A stretch of 64,000 nt of DNA from Curvularia clavata (Eukaryota): NCBI GenBank assembly GCA_023920165.1, contig CP089277.1, positions 62,001-126,000 of the forward strand, given 5' to 3'. The number at the start of each line of letters is the position of its first letter. Position 1 is the first letter of the stretch. Positions 35,799 through 50,589 of the stretch are shown piece by piece. The notes beneath the pieces are model-generated. The model saw nothing but the letters and a program-made list of their open reading frames with translations, was not told where the DNA came from and searched no databases. Position numbers and translations under genes: made by a program.

Positions 35799-36894
35799 AT
35801 CCCACAGCTATCTCAGACTTCTCTTCTGTATCTTTCTATAATGTTTTACGATATTTTCCTACGTGTTCATAGTCCATATCCAGTTTGTATACCCATCGCA
35901 ACCTCGCTATTCCTAGAACACGGATACTATATTATCCCTGGCCCGCCAAGTTCCGGAACGTCTAGCAATAATGTAGGAGGATATCCATGCACGATTTAAG
36001 AGCCTGGCATTGCCCGCCCTCACTAATTAGAAAGTGGCCGAACTTGCTATGCGTTTATCTGTAATTACTCGTTAACGATTGAAAATGCTAGCTAAGCTGC
36101 AGCGATGAAGGGACATCCTGCTCACGGAACAAGAGAAATGCGTTTTTTAATAGTGCAGTAGAAATTCTTGTATTACGGGATTTTAATGATCGATAACAAC
36201 CAGAATAGGCAGGGCATTTAATGCGAGCAATATCCGTATCGCTATCTATACTTATCTCACTTGGAGCTTATAAGTAGTATATTCACACTTCTTACAGAAG
36301 CTCAATGATGTTCTCGATTTCTATTGGTAGGTCAACATTTATTTGTAGTAGTGGTCGTGTCTAGAATAGATAGCTAGCATAAATATATAGGCTCTACCAA
36401 GTCTAAGTGGAGACATATTCGACCGCGCCGATGATGCTATGGCCGCAGTAGCCCAACGTGAAGTAACCAAAGTGGGGGGCAAAACAGTAGTGTACAAGTA
36501 TGACGATTGCTTTCAAAACTCTGGAGCAGGCAAGTATCCTAAGCCTGTGCCAAGGCGCCAGTCCCAAGGGGGAGTAGTAACCTGGCACCCAGTGGACAAA
36601 ATAACGCGGACTGCTAAATAGCTTAGCGCACCCTAACACCACGCGTAGCCTACTTGAATAATATAAAATATATTATTTTTAAAGCTCGAAACTAAAACTA
36701 AAACTACACCGATAGGGTCCAATCTATATAATCTACTACAGAGCAAATTAAAGGAGCTGAAACCCGCGAATGAGAGGTAAGAAAATAGCTAAATTCGTCA
36801 TAAAATCCTAACGCTAAGCCTATTTTGGCACCTTGTATCAGTTAGGTACATTGAATGTCATTGATTATAGATACATATCGCTAATACCTAGTAT

Positions 36895-39721
36895 CTACAG
36901 ATCGATTTCCATGTTTATAAAATTAATTGGATATCGGGGCCCTAAAAAACAATCTTGAATAAAGCTTGGGTATGTACTTATGCTTGCGTAGCCCGGGTCT
37001 CGAAACTGCGAACCTAGTAAGTTTGCAGAACCCTGACTTGCCGCATAGCTGGAACGAGCTTGAAAAGTTCGACCAGGGGAAGAGTTAGCTGATGAGCCAG
37101 CTGGATTGCACCCTAAACCAAGAGCCCTTAGGTGCGGATCGAATTGTGCAGTCGTGCTGTGGTAGACAGTGTCGGTCGCTGGCTCATTCGTGTGGTACGG
37201 TTCTTGATGTGTCAGAATGCGTGTCTGAGTGTCTCGAACCTCTTTCTCTTTCGCTTCAATGTAGATTTCTGCAATCTTTAGGAAGAGAAAACACATCTTG
37301 TACAGGTTCTCTGCGCCCTCAGACACCGTTTGACAGGATTCGAGGCTAGACACAAAGTCCGTGAGCGATTTCAAGTCAGTCCGGTCAGCGTTATGGATTG
37401 CATTGCAGAACAAGACCATGAACCTGATTTAAGATGGTTGATTAGTAAAGTGACGGCCGCTTGTGGGAAACGTCTTACGGAGTGATCGGAGCCTATAGGA
37501 ATATTAACTACGCTATACCTTTCTGGACATAGTACTCGAGTGGCTTCATATCCTACGCACCTGAAGAATTGACCAATGGATGTAACCCGACCACAACTGT
37601 TTGGTCCCTCTGGTATTGAACTGAGAACTACATCTCATGTGTGCAATAAGCGCCGCTCGAGAATACTTGAGGCATTCCTCACTAAATGTGCTGTTGTCTG
37701 GACTCAGTGCTCGCAGCGCAAGTGCGCACGTCGAGTAGTGCACCACAACGTCTGTGTGGAAAAAGACGTCCCCTACCTGGTCGAACGAGCCTGAAGATAT
37801 CAATCTGATGTGTCTGATTGTATGATGAGAAGCTTACTTTGTGTATAGTCATCGGGTAGCAAAGCCGTCTGGCTCGCTTCATGCAAAACGCGCTTGCCCT
37901 TGGAAGGCAATTCGGTCTCGTTCGGGCTCAGTAGATTCGTGAAATGCATCACGCTTGCAGAGCCTCTTTCTTTCCAAGCCTGATCCCATGGCATCAACCA
38001 GATTACGGGCTATCTGACCTCGAGCGGAGGGAGATTTGGTATAAGTAACCGGACTAAACAGTTTTTCGTATACTTGCCCTTGTATCTTTGCAACCTTGAC
38101 CCAGTAACAGATCATGTTACTCTCTTCGAAACTGTTGATGGGTGTCTTTTTCGCGGCAGGAAGAGGCAAAGACACGTCCCAGTCCTGGATGGTGCTCGCT
38201 CGTCCCAGGCGCAAGGACAACTGCTTGTCGAACATGAATATAAGCCAGAAGAGATCAATCTTAGCTCGTTGATCTTCTTCAGTGTCATTTATCATGGTTT
38301 CAAATCGATGGTAGCCAAGACTCTTGCACAGCTCAGCGGCATTTGCAACCAAGACCCAGGCAAGTGATGGTTTGCACATCTCAACCGCACAGGCTGTGCC
38401 TAGGCTCAAAGCCATTATGTTTTCATAGCTAGCTGGCAGAAACATATCGAGTTGACTTATCGCAACCTCAAAGTGTGTTCTAGCTGCATCATCCCAGGTC
38501 AGTACACACACGGCTAAAAACTATAATGGATGTCCTACACATGGATGCATATCTGAAACTGTCAGCCCTGCCTCTCGCCATGCTCTCAGTCTCCAGAAAA
38601 ATGTACTTACTCCACCAAAGTTTTCTTGTCGATACCGTGCCATGGCACTTGCGAGTATTCTGTGAAAATATTGAACAGCACGCCATACGCGAGGAGACGA
38701 CGAGGAGCGCCGCATGTAACCGGACAATGGTAGGAGTTCTCGATGATCTCATACAAATTTTCCATCTTCAGCATGGAGATAAGAGTGGCGAAGATCATGG
38801 TCGGATGTTCTGTCCATGTCAGCAAGCTGAAGAGGTCACCTTGGAAAGGGGTAATGACCCATGGCTTTCTCTATGGCAATCCTCACCACGCTCCAGGGAG
38901 GCAGCGCTAGGTTGGCAACGTCAGTTCTTGCAAGTGAGCGGTCGACCAATGGCTGGATGGTTGATCGTATAGGGACAGTATCGCGGTTTTGCTGGGTGGC
39001 AAGCTTTCCGAGAGCAGTCAAGGCATTTTTGACGTCTGCGTTCCAGCCCACTGACGGTGTGCCACCAACTAACTGAACCAATAACTCTTGTACATAACTT
39101 GACTGCGTACTGATTCCAGTCTCGCCCTCATAGGGTACAGGCGCCAACACATGTGTTTCAGTGGCGAAATTATGCGAAAACCTCTGAACGGACAAGGGGG
39201 TTTTCTGGCTAATGTGTTCTCCAGGGATAACCTGAAGATCTCCTACGTCTAATTTGGAGGCTATGAGAAAGAGGCCCTTATCGATGCTATTGAGGCGGTC
39301 TTCGAGGCGGTCTATCTTCTTCTCGCTACGGAAATCAGTAGGTCGCCTTCAGAAACGTTCGAGGTACGTACTATTCTTCCGATATGTGGAACCTCTGTTT
39401 CTGGATCCTCTGCATAGGCTTAACTGTTCGGCATACTGATCAATTAGTCGTTGCCACAGCAGATTCGAAGAAACTTTTCCAAAATGGTGTTTATTTATCG
39501 GCTAGTTGAGAACGGGGAATTTTGCTGTTGACCAATCTTACTTGTTTTGCTTATTTTGCATTGCAAGCATGGTATTGTCTTGCTGCACCGAATCTTTTTC
39601 ACTTTGCAGTTTTCGCACTGTGAGAAGAACATTAGCACCTCGGCAAGGTATAAGTCATCAGTAGTCATACTGCGCGTTTCCCAGTCAATTTTTCGAGCGA
39701 CGTATCCACTGCTTCTCCCAT
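36895..39721 (-). CDS. Zn2Cys6 transcription factor, multi-exon, one +1 frameshift; divergent from the ABC transporter
   Basis: MGEAVD start; CENCKVKKIRCSKTIPCLQCKISKT/IC (sixth Cys after an intron); YEKKIDRLEDRL; LCKSLGYHR, DKQLSLRLGRAS; frame change at ccc 37985-37987. Confidence 0.8.
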
Positions 39722-41166
39722 AGCTAACTACGTAGACTGTGAATGTGAAGAGAGAAGTAAGCTGTTGGAAATCTGTGTGTAAGGGTTTGACGATCTGAAA
39801 CATAAGTCAAAGTCTAAAGACTACTAATGATCTCATGATCACTAACCACATAAGCAATCGTCACACAGAGCTTATGGAAAGGCAGAGATATGCAAAGCCA
39901 CAGCTTACAGACATGATTCGCGCAGCTAAGTGATACATATTTCTTTGTTTGTCTGACAGTCATTGTAGAACGTTTTAGTGGAGTAGCAGGCATTTGCATT
40001 TCAAAACGACATTGTATGTATAGCATATCAACTTCGACTCAAGAAGAATTACAGTGGTTGTTCGTGACTTAAAGCAATATTGTAATGGTGCTCAGCCTTA
40101 AAGCTACGAAGCATAGCATACACCTCAGTTGTTGTTGTGTAAACATGAACAAGTCTTGGAAAGGATTCGATAGCAATGTGTCGGCATCAGCCGCACGACA
40201 AGATTAATGATCACTATCTGGCCGAGAGCGGAAACTAGTCCATATTGAGCAAGCTCCACCAGCATGTTGGACCATGATTACTCAACTTGCCTCCTCCGAT
40301 CAACAAGGGGCCCGAATGCAGATCTACTATAGCGCAGAAAGATGTAGTACACAGCCACTTGCCGCAGGCCATTGAGTGCTGGGTGCGCATATGCGCAAAG
40401 ATCTTGCATCGCCGTGGCACAGGGTTTTAGGTGATAAACAAATGTCCAATTCGTAATCTCTATACCCTGCTGGACTCTTATGTAAGTGCTCGCCAACTAA
40501 TGTGGAACAACTATATAGTTGATGTAGTATCTCTCACTCGACTAGATCAGTCAAATTGTGCATACAGTTTGTGCGCTACAACTTCCTCACGCACGCGATG
40601 ACTACGCTGGGAGCTTTCTTCACCTGTAGTTCTTCAACCGGTTTGATCTGGGCAAATTTTTTGTGTTGCCCCACTTTTACCGGAGTCCGGACAAGCCAGA
40701 CCCGTGATTGGCTTTTTGCGACTGAGATCGCGCCAGATTAGGGAATGGTCACACGTGCGGGTGAAAGACTCTCCGCTTCGGGAATTTGGTACACATACGG
40801 CTGAAAGTCTGCCCGTTTCAGGGATTCTTTTTGTTTGAAATCATACGGAGAGTCTTCACGATTTCTCCAAAGGCCGGCTATGTCACCATCCTCATGGCCC
40901 GGTTGCGTGGCCGGGCCCCAATAGTCCAGCAAAGGTTAGATGATTACCTGGCCAAATCTCCGCGCCGTTCCAACCCCTGTGTACTGCTTATCAACAAGCA
41001 GTACAGTCTTGACATATGCAATACACATCGAGCCTCTTGTCTCTAAAGATTTCCTTACAAAAGCCCCATCGCCTGCTCTATCGTCTTGTTTAACAACTTC
41101 TCCACGGTGACTTCTCGTGTGCTTCACTCACCTCTTCTTTATACAATCACGCAAACTTCGTCAAAC

Positions 41167-44100
41167 ATGGTGGAACAATCACCAGATCTTGCAAGCTCTG
41201 ATACCGAGTTCGAAGAACCAGACGCAAGTATTGGGGTACCCGACGAAGACATAAGCCTCTGGCCAATCACACAGGAAGTCAATAAACTTTTAGAGCTCAA
41301 CGAACGCAATGGAAGCAAGCTGAGAAAGTTGGGGGTGACCTGGTCAGATTTAACAGTGAAGGGTGTCAGCAACGATGCAGTGTTCAACGAGAACGTCTTG
41401 TCACAGTTCAACCCCATTGGGAAGAGCACGGAGGATATCCCCTTGAAGACCATCATTCAGAGCTCTTATGGATGTGTTAAACCTGGAGGTATGTCTCATA
41501 TCGTTTGAACAAAGCGATCGATTGGCTGATTGCATCACTCATGGCTAGAAATGCTGCTTGTCCTTGGCAATCCCGGTGCCGGCTGTACCACCCTTCTCAA
41601 CATACTTTCGAATCGGCGGCTCGGGTACGCAGAAATAAGTGGCAACGTGTCATTTGGGTCCATGTCGAGCGAGGAAGCAAAGGACTATCGTGGTCAGATC
41701 GTTTTGGTGAGAAATGATCTATAGCTGTGTTGCATCGATGGCTAACCAAACATAGAATGCGGAAGAAGAGATCTTTTTTCCAACATTGTCAGTCGGCAAC
41801 ACACTTGATTTCGCCACTCGGTTGAATGTTCCGTCCCAACTATCTCCCAGCATAGGATCTCCTGAGGAGTATGCCCGCACATACAAGCAATTCCTCCTTA
41901 AATCCCTAGCTATGGAACACACGCACGACAGCAAAGTTGGTGATGCGTACGTACGTGGTGTCTCTGGCGGCGAACGAAAACGCGTATCTATACTTGAATG
42001 TCTCGCCACTCGCGGAAGCATTTTCTGCTGGGACAACTCTACGCGCGGTCTAGATGCGAGTACAGCCCTAGATTGGGCGAAGACCATGCGCGTCATGACT
42101 GATAAACTCGGTCTCACTACCATCGCAACATTGTATCAAGCAGGCAATGCTGTTTTCGAACAGTTTGACAAGGTGTTGATTCTCGACAACGGCAAGCAGA
42201 TACTCTACGGCCCCCGAGAAGAAGCAGTGCCTTTTATGGAGGGTCTGGGTTTCTTGTGTGATCCCGCTGCAAACAAGGCCGACTTTCTGACCAGTGTCAC
42301 CGTTCCCAAGGCCCGTGCTATCATTGAGGGATACGAGAACAAGATTCCACGAACCAATGATGAAATCTTGGGGTTATTCCAGAAGTCTTCTTTGTACGAA
42401 AGGATGAAAACGGAGCTAAATTACCATCAAGGTGAAGAAGCAACGACTAATACGACCCTCTTCAAGGAAGAAGTTGCTAGAGAGAAGCACAAGTTACTTC
42501 CAAACAAACCAACAGTCACGGCCAACTTCTATGTCCAGGTCAAAACCGCTATCACCAGACAGTATCAAATCGTATGGAGCGATAAGGCAACATTCATCGT
42601 CAAACAGGCATCTACAGTCGTTCAAGCACTGGTGGCAGGATCCCTCTTTTACCAAGCCCCTGACCATTCGGCCGGTCTTTTCTTGAAAGGTGGTGCAATA
42701 TTCTTTGCCCTTCTTTACCCCGCTTACATGGCGATGTCCGAAGTCACAGATTCTTTCACCGGCCGGCCAGTCCTCGCCAAGCACCGATCGTTTGCTCTAC
42801 ATTACCCAGCTGCATGGGTGCTGGCCCAAATTGCTGCTGACATTCCTGTTGCATTGTTCCAGTGGTCGCATTTTGGCATTGTCTTATACTTCATGGTAGG
42901 TCTCAAGACTACCGCAGCTGCATTTTTCACTTTCTGGGTTATCGTCTTCTCGTCAGCTATGGCCATGACAGCTCTTTACCGCGCGATAGGTGCTGCCTTC
43001 CCAACTTTCGATGCCGCAACGAAGGTTTCTGGATTGATCACATCTGCCTTCTTTATTTATATGGGATATATGATCGGCAAGCCAGAGATGAAAGATTGGT
43101 TCGTTTGGATATTCTGGATTAATCCCATGTCGTATGGCTACGAGGCTTTGCTTGGAAACGAGGTAAAAAATGCCGAGTTCCCATGTGTCGGTCCAAATTT
43201 GGTCCCCGTTGGTCCTCAATATGATCGGAGCGAGGGCGGCCAGGCTTGTGCGGGGATAGGCGGTGCACGACCAGGCGCAACCAGTGTCTCAGGAGAGCAA
43301 TATCTTGGCTCCCTGTCCTTCCATACTGCCAATGTCTGGCGCAACTTTGGTATTCTTTGGGTATGGTGGTTTCTCTTCGTGGCCATCACGATTGTATTCA
43401 CTTCCAGATGGAAAGAGATTGGAGAAGGCGGACGCGGCATCCTTGTCCCAAGAGAGACTCAAAGAAAGGCTTTGAAGGCCATGTCGAACGACGAGGAGTC
43501 TCAAGCTGTTGAAAAACCGCCGTCTGGACTGGAATCGAGTCAACCGACAGAGCAACCTGAGCCTGAGAACCTGATCCGCAATACTTCGATTTTCACGTGG
43601 AAAAATCTGACGTACACAATCAAGACACCATCGGGTGATCGCACCTTGCTGGACAACATCCAAGGCTATGTGAAGCCAGGCATGTTGGGCGCCCTTATGG
43701 GGTCTTCTGGTGTAAGTCTCATAATTTCTCACTCTTCTCTGCAATACTGGCTTACGAAAAACTACGTTTTAGGCAGGAAAAACCACCTTGCTCGATGTGT
43801 TAGCTCAACGCAAGACTGAAGGCACCATTCGCGGTTCTGTACTGGTAGACGGTCGCCCGTTGCCTGTCTCGTTCCAGCGATCTGCTGGCTATGTTGAGCA
43901 AATGGATGTGCACGAGTCTTTGGCAACGGTCCGCGAAGCTTTAGAATTCTCAGCACTCTTACGCCAATCGCGGAAAACGCCGAGAGAGGAGAAACTTCGC
44001 TACGTGGACACAATCATCGACTTACTACAGCTCCAAGATATTCAACATACGCTTATTGGATCTCCAGGTGCTGGTCTTACTATAGAACAACGCAAGCGTC

Positions 44101-45666
44101 TTACTATAGGTGTCGAGCTAGTTGCAAAGCCTAGCATACTGATATTTCTTGATGAGCCTACTTCAGGTTTAGATGGTCAAGCCGCCTATAGCACGGTCAG
44201 ATTCCTGCGTAAATTGGCTGATGTTGGTCAAGCAATTCTCGTTACCATTCATCAGCCATCTGCGCAGCTATTCTCTCAATTCGACACCCTTCTCTTGCTA
44301 GCTAAGGGCGGCAAAACGGTTTACTTCGGCGACATTGGTTCTAATGCAGACACTGTCAAGACCTACTTCAAGGAACGCGGTGCTCCATGCCCTCCCAATG
44401 CCAATCCTGCAGAGCACATGATTGAAGTTGTCTCTGGAGATATGTCTGGAGGCAAAGACTGGGCTCAAATTTGGTTGGACTCGCAACAATGCAAGAACCT
44501 ATCTCAGGAGATCGATGCGCTTGTAGCTGATGCAGCCGCAAAACCTCCTGGAACCGTTGATGATGGGTATGCATTCGCTTCACCGATGTGGATGCAGACT
44601 AAACTGGTCACACAACGCATGAACGTGTCGTTGTACCGGAACACCGAATACGTCAACAACAAAGTCATAATGCACATACTCCTGGCATTACTAAACGGAT
44701 TCTCATTCTGGATGATAGGAGATAGTCTAGGCGATCTCAAGCTTCGACTCTTTACCGTCTTCAGTTTCATATTCGTGGCCCCTGGAACGATCTCTCAGCT
44801 TCAGCCGCTTTTCATCAATCGTCGCGATATCTATGAAACACGAGAGAAGAAAAGTAAGACTTATCACTGGGCACCATTTGTGACTGGCCTCATTGTATCG
44901 GAGATACCTTACCTCGTTATCTGCGCTCTTGTTTACTACGTCTGCTGGTACTTCACTGCTGGACTGCCTGGCGCGGCTCAATACGCAGGCAGTACATTTT
45001 TCGTCGTGGTGAGTTGCTGTTCCATTTGGTTGTATCGGCTTTCGTCATACTGATTTATGACAGTTCTTCTATATGCTCCTCTACACAGGCATTGGGCAGA
45101 TGATTGCAGCATATGCACCGAACGCTGTTTTCGCCTCGCTCGTCAATCCCCTTTTTATTACAACTCTTGTCTCCTTTTGTGGAGTTCTAGTGCCTTACAG
45201 CCAGATCCAATCATTCTGGAGATATTGGTCGGTACTTCCCAGCTACGCGTGGCTCTGGGTAAATCCACAGCTGCTGACCTTTGTGCCCAGGTTGTATTAT
45301 ATTGATCCCTTCAATTATCTGATGAGCTCCCTCCTCGTCTTTACAACTTGGGACAAGAAAATCTTTTGTAAGACGAGCGAGCTTGCTATCTTCGACCCTG
45401 CGCCAAATCAGACCTGTCAGCAATATCTCGAATCTTACCAGCAAGGCGCAGGTATCGGCACGAACCTTCTCAACCCAGATGCAACCGCTCAGTGCCAAGT
45501 ATGCCAATACACTACTGGTGCCGACTTTCTTCGCACTTTGAACTTGGGGGAAGAATACTACGGATGGAGGAATGCGGGCATAGTGGTGCTGTTTTCAATG
45601 AGCAGCTACATGCTCGTCTATCTCATGATGAAGCTTCGAACGAAGAGCACAAAGACTGCATCGTAG
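41167..45666 (+). CDS. Full-size ABCG/PDR multidrug transporter (AtrB-like)
   Basis: NBD1 [34 protein letters not shown]1; NBD2 [39 protein letters not shown]2; introns near 41490, 41707, 43712, 45009, 45229. Confidence 0.93.
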
Positions 45667-48120
45667 GCCGGTGTACTGGGACGTATGAAGATATTTTTGG
45701 ACATGAAGATTAAACTAGACTGGAATGAAGGCAGGTCAGTATTTTAATTGATGGCGAGGTTCGGTTATTTCGTTCCATCCTTCGATACTTGTATAGTGAA
45801 AACCAAGATTTTGTAGTTAAAGAATTTCTTATGAATAATAGAACTGGTGGCACATGTACAAAGGGAAGATACGGATTGGTGGTTCGAGCAGGCAACTCGC
45901 ATCGCAAAGATGTGGTTTGATGAGTGATGTGTTGTCGTGATGGGATAGAGGACAAAAGCTGGTAAGAGCAGGCCTGCAGTATTGTTCCTGTCCACCCAGA
46001 ATCGCTGCTTGAATCAAGAATAGCTCGAATGGGTAACGCCTTTTACGCCCACCATCGCTTCTGATAATGGAAGAATATCTTGCAAGCTACCACTAGTGGT
46101 TTACAGCTGATGAATCCAGATGTGATCGCCTGTACCTGATGCGGTCATTGGAGTTTATTACTTCTTGTTCTCGCGCTCTTCTGTGGCAATTTGTATAGCA
46201 TTCATTGTCAATGTCAGTACTAATCCAGTGAGGACTAGCTCTCTCAGCATCGAAAGCGTAGTTTTGGAAGGTAACTAGTTCCAAACCGCTAAACCCATAA
46301 GTATGACCAACTCCGCGCGCTCTATCGCGTCGACCAGAGTTGTATTTCAGACCCTTTTGGTCGCCCATGAACAAAGCTTCAATTCGACCAAGCTCTTTCT
46401 GAAGTTGACATCCTATATGATAAGCATGTATATTGTTCCAGTACTATACAATAGTACCATAGCTAGTGTGCCCACAAGTATCGGTTTAAGCCTACAAATA
46501 TAACATTTTTTCAATGGGGGCACAAAATCAATAGGAGAAACAGATGATTTGTTCAAACATGGGGGAAGCCCAAACTATACAGATCATGCCATGAATCACG
46601 TGATCTCAACATTCAACAGTCCTCAACAACACTTTACTCAAGAATCTTGTAGAGTTTGCATTCCATGATACATATCGTTCTTTAGCACAGCTCCACACTA
46701 ACAAGCGCATACACAGCATCTGTATAGAAGATTTCCACTTCGATATAGTGTACGTCTCACGCTACGCGACATCCAGGAGCCTTGAGATAGGAGTGATGAT
46801 CACGCATTCTCCCAATCGCTTGAAGTGTGATTTGTCTTATGTAACTACTATTTGTCAGTCTTTCTAAAGCCGATGCTTAGATCAGATTTAGAAATAGATT
46901 GAATTTGATGCCAAGTCTATGAGCACAAATTGCGGGATGAAACGGGTCTTATATTATTTAGGCCTCTTTCACTGTCTTATGTTGCCGAGATTTTTTTCGC
47001 CACCTGATCTTAGTTAAGTTAGTTTCCAATTACCCCGCAGTATCTTGGGCGAACTGGAGAGATTAGTAATAATGACCAAACTACTCTGCACCCACCAACA
47101 CCGAGGCTTTTCAAACCCTGAATCGCTGCTAAGAATCGATAGTAAGTCCTTGGCAAGGTGGGGATTACTTCGCCTCTACCAACAAACTACCATGAAACCA
47201 CCTGAGCCTGTACGTATGATGCCGCTTATTGGATGAAAACTGCTCAGCTTGCTGACCAAGACCAAGGGCATGTTTGGCTGCTTAAGTCATCAGCTCTAGC
47301 GTTGGCCATTCCTACGAATCACATAATCGCAGTTTCCATCTTCAAAGAATTTCCCTACATAGCTTAGAAGCCCTATATGGCACTCCCCGCTTTGAGCGCT
47401 ACTGAAGTCTGATAGTACAGACTAGAAATTTTCTCAATAAATCATTGCTCAAGGTTATGCTTTTTTATGTCTTATGTAGACTATGTAGCGTGATACTATA
47501 TTAGATCTTATTCTATACTGGCTCTTGAGGACAGTCGTAAACCTCAGCTGTCAGATGATACTAAATACTAATTGGCGCCTGTTGGGATGCGTAACTGCTA
47601 GGTTATTAGTAGAATAAGTTCTAGACCGTTCTATCACCTATCATTAGTTATGGATTTTCGCGTCGCTAGTTTGTCGAATATGTTGAGGTCAGCACCAGTG
47701 GTGTGATTACCTTGTATGTCTGAATTGGTGGTTAGTAAATCTAGAACCTTCATGTTCCCAAGATGAAGCCACAATATGCATATTGGTACCATGGAAGGCA
47801 ATCTTAGAGCTGAAGTCTATCGGCATTCCTGTTATATCTAGATGATGTATATGCCAGTCCATTCTTAGAGAACAAAGGTAGCGGGTAACAACGCGCTGGA
47901 TCTGTCTAACGTCAATCAGGAAATCTTGACCTCAATCAGACGTAGGCTGTATCCCAACCACAGCTATTGACTAAACTCTATAGTCTATCGTAAGTCCATG
48001 CACAAATCTTCAACCCTCCGGCTATAGAACTATATGTAGACAGAAGCAAATATTGGAGCCGTACGTTTAACGTAGACGTATAGGTATATTGAGCTCGGCA
48101 ACCTTGTAGGGTTCATCTTG

Positions 48121-49993
48121 ATGGGTGGTGGCCACCAATTTCCTCACAAGGAAGCACGTATTGAATGTGCTTCCTATGAGTCCTGTTATGAAGTTGAACA
48201 CGACAAACAATATTTATGGGCCGTGGTTGACATGGGAAGGTATGTTGAGATTATCTTCCAATTTTTCTACATTTTTCCAAGTATCAGAGCTGATGTTCAC
48301 TTACCCTCGCAGCAATGGAATTAGGTTCTCCGTATCAGACCTAACCCCGCGTACCGCTCGGATTCTTCCTACCCTCCATGTTCACCGCCTTAACATAAGC
48401 CTCTACGATGCCCAATTTGATCTTTCGACGGGCGCTCGCATCCCAATTCCTCATCCAATCATCAAGGATATTGTTGCGGGTCTTCTACGCTTTCAGATTA
48501 TTTGCGCGGACTTTGGCGTCCCAAGGCACCATATTCGTATCATAGCCACTGAAGCTACACGAACTGCTATAAACCATACTGAATTCCTTGAAGAAATCCA
48601 TAGGGAAACAGGATTATCCGTAGAGCTACTGGCCAAGGAAGACGAGGGGAAGATTGGCGCGTTCGGTATCGCAAGTAGTTTCCCAGAAATGGAAGGAGTA
48701 GTCATGGACCTTGGAGGTGGAAGCACACAGCTCACATGGTTAGCTACACATGAGGGAAGAGTCAAGATGAGTCCCAAAGGTGCGTTCAGCTTTCCTTATG
48801 GCGCGGCAGCTTTGACAAAGAAGCTCAAAGAATTGGCAAAGGGAAAGAGCCACAATGATGCGCAGAAAGCATTGGAGAAGTTCCGTGAAGAGATGAGAAT
48901 CAACTTCCTCAATGCGTATATGAATCTCCAAGTTCCGAGGGACATGATAGACAGAGCGAAGCAACAGAACGGCTTTAGTCTATATCTCTCTGGCGGCGGT
49001 TTCCGCGGATGGGGTTATCTCTTGCTTTACCAGAACCAGACAAAGGGACATGACTACCCAATATCTATCATCAATGGCTTCAAGGCACCCAGTTCGGAGT
49101 TTACGGACACAGAAAAGCTCAAAGAAGTCGCCCGCACTTCACACAAAATCTTCAGGGTTTCAGACCGCCGCCGAGAGCAGGTTCCTGCGGTGGCATTTGT
49201 AGTCAATGTTCTGGCCAATGCATTGCCGCACGGAATCAAAGAAGCTCACTTCTGCCAAGGTGGCGTTAGAGAGGGTGTTCTCTTCCAGGCTCTACCACAG
49301 ACCATCCGCATGCAGCACCCACTTACTGTGGCTACCTCTCTGTACGCAAAAGACTCTGCAGCTGGAATTGCTAGGCTTCTACTTCATGCCATACCGGCGT
49401 ACGATGCGGAATATTCGAGCCTGTTTCCTGGTTCAATTGGAGTGGATATTGTGCAAGCGCTCGCCAACACCGTGTATGTCCACTCCGTCATGTCAAAGGA
49501 ATCTGCGTCTTCATCGTCTCTATACAGCACGAGTACCGGGTTTCTATCTTCAGCACATGGCGTGTCACATACGAACCGCGCCCTACTTGCACTGATACTC
49601 GAGGAAAGCTATGAAGGTGAGCTGCCTCCACGAGAGACAAGGTTCAAATATCATCTTCGTGATATCCTCGAGGCTAGAGAGGTATGGTGGACGTGTTACA
49701 TCGGTAAAGTGGCGCTTATACTTCGCCGGCTCTATCCGTCTGGCTTTGTCGATGAAGAGAAGCCCAGAGTCCAATTATTAGCCAGGTGGGCTACGGACTT
49801 CGGCGACCGGAGAGGTATCAGATTGAAATTTCTTATCCAGAGAAAGAAACATGATCCAATGAAATTGAAAGAGACTCTTCAGGATCATCTAGGCGTGATA
49901 GGGAAGGTGGGAAAAAGAAAAAATTGGATTGGAGGGAGGAGAGGGTGGGGATTGGCTATTAAGGTGTCGGTTGAGGAAAACACAGATGAATAG
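48121..49993 (+). CDS. RTG2: Retrograde regulation protein 2 (Ppx/GppA family); one intron ~48240-48312
   Basis: WAVVDMG/SNGIRFSVSDL, ATEATRTAIN, MDLGGGSTQ, SFPYGAAAL, LSGGGFRGWG, QGGVREG, HGVSH. Confidence 0.88.
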
Positions 49994-50589
49994 CTATTAT
50001 AGGATTGCAGTTCTGTAGCAGAGAAGAAGGATGCAAGGTATGATTGCTGCTTTTGAACCAAATGTGGCATGTAAAGGTCACAACAGCGAAGCGCGTGGGA
50101 AGAAATAGGTCGTATATTTTTCAACTAATTAATTAAGGTTTCATGCCACGCTCCTGAAAGTGTCGCAATACTGATAGAAGAACCAGATGTTGTGATCACA
50201 GGATTCAACTATCGTGACTCAGAAGTTGATCGGGTTTCCCCCTGATTTTTATGATGACATAAAGCGACAAAGTATTTTACAAAATCTTATAAAGCATCTC
50301 AGAGCCGGAATAATCTATATAGCGATCTCTACCATTCTTTATTCTCAAACTAGTGCTGCGTTTCGGGGTCGACTGCTCGGCTGTTCCCGCTCGTTAGATT
50401 CTCCTTGATGATACTCTTATCCGTTAAAAGGTAGTTTTGAGGAAGCCATGGGATAAAAGCTTCTATTAAGTTATTACTCATTCTCTTGCTCTCGTCGCGG
50501 ATTTCAATGAAGAATAAAATCCCCTAAATGTTGTAGATTGGTGTGACTAGAGCCTGGTGAACTCCAAGTTGAACCCAGAACCCAGAAGG

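Noticed and set aside
36420..36900. Short 60-aa ORF followed by an AT/TpA-rich stretch
   Set aside because: No motif, termini or repeat partner to support a gene or element call
39495..39620. Apparent five-cysteine (broken) zinc cluster
   Set aside because: The sixth Cys is supplied after a gtaaga..ctaat..cag intron (KT/ICR), so the cluster is canonical
48125..48312. N-terminal extension of the 622-aa ORF
   Set aside because: Read-through of an intron; the true first exon is in another frame (WAVVDMG)
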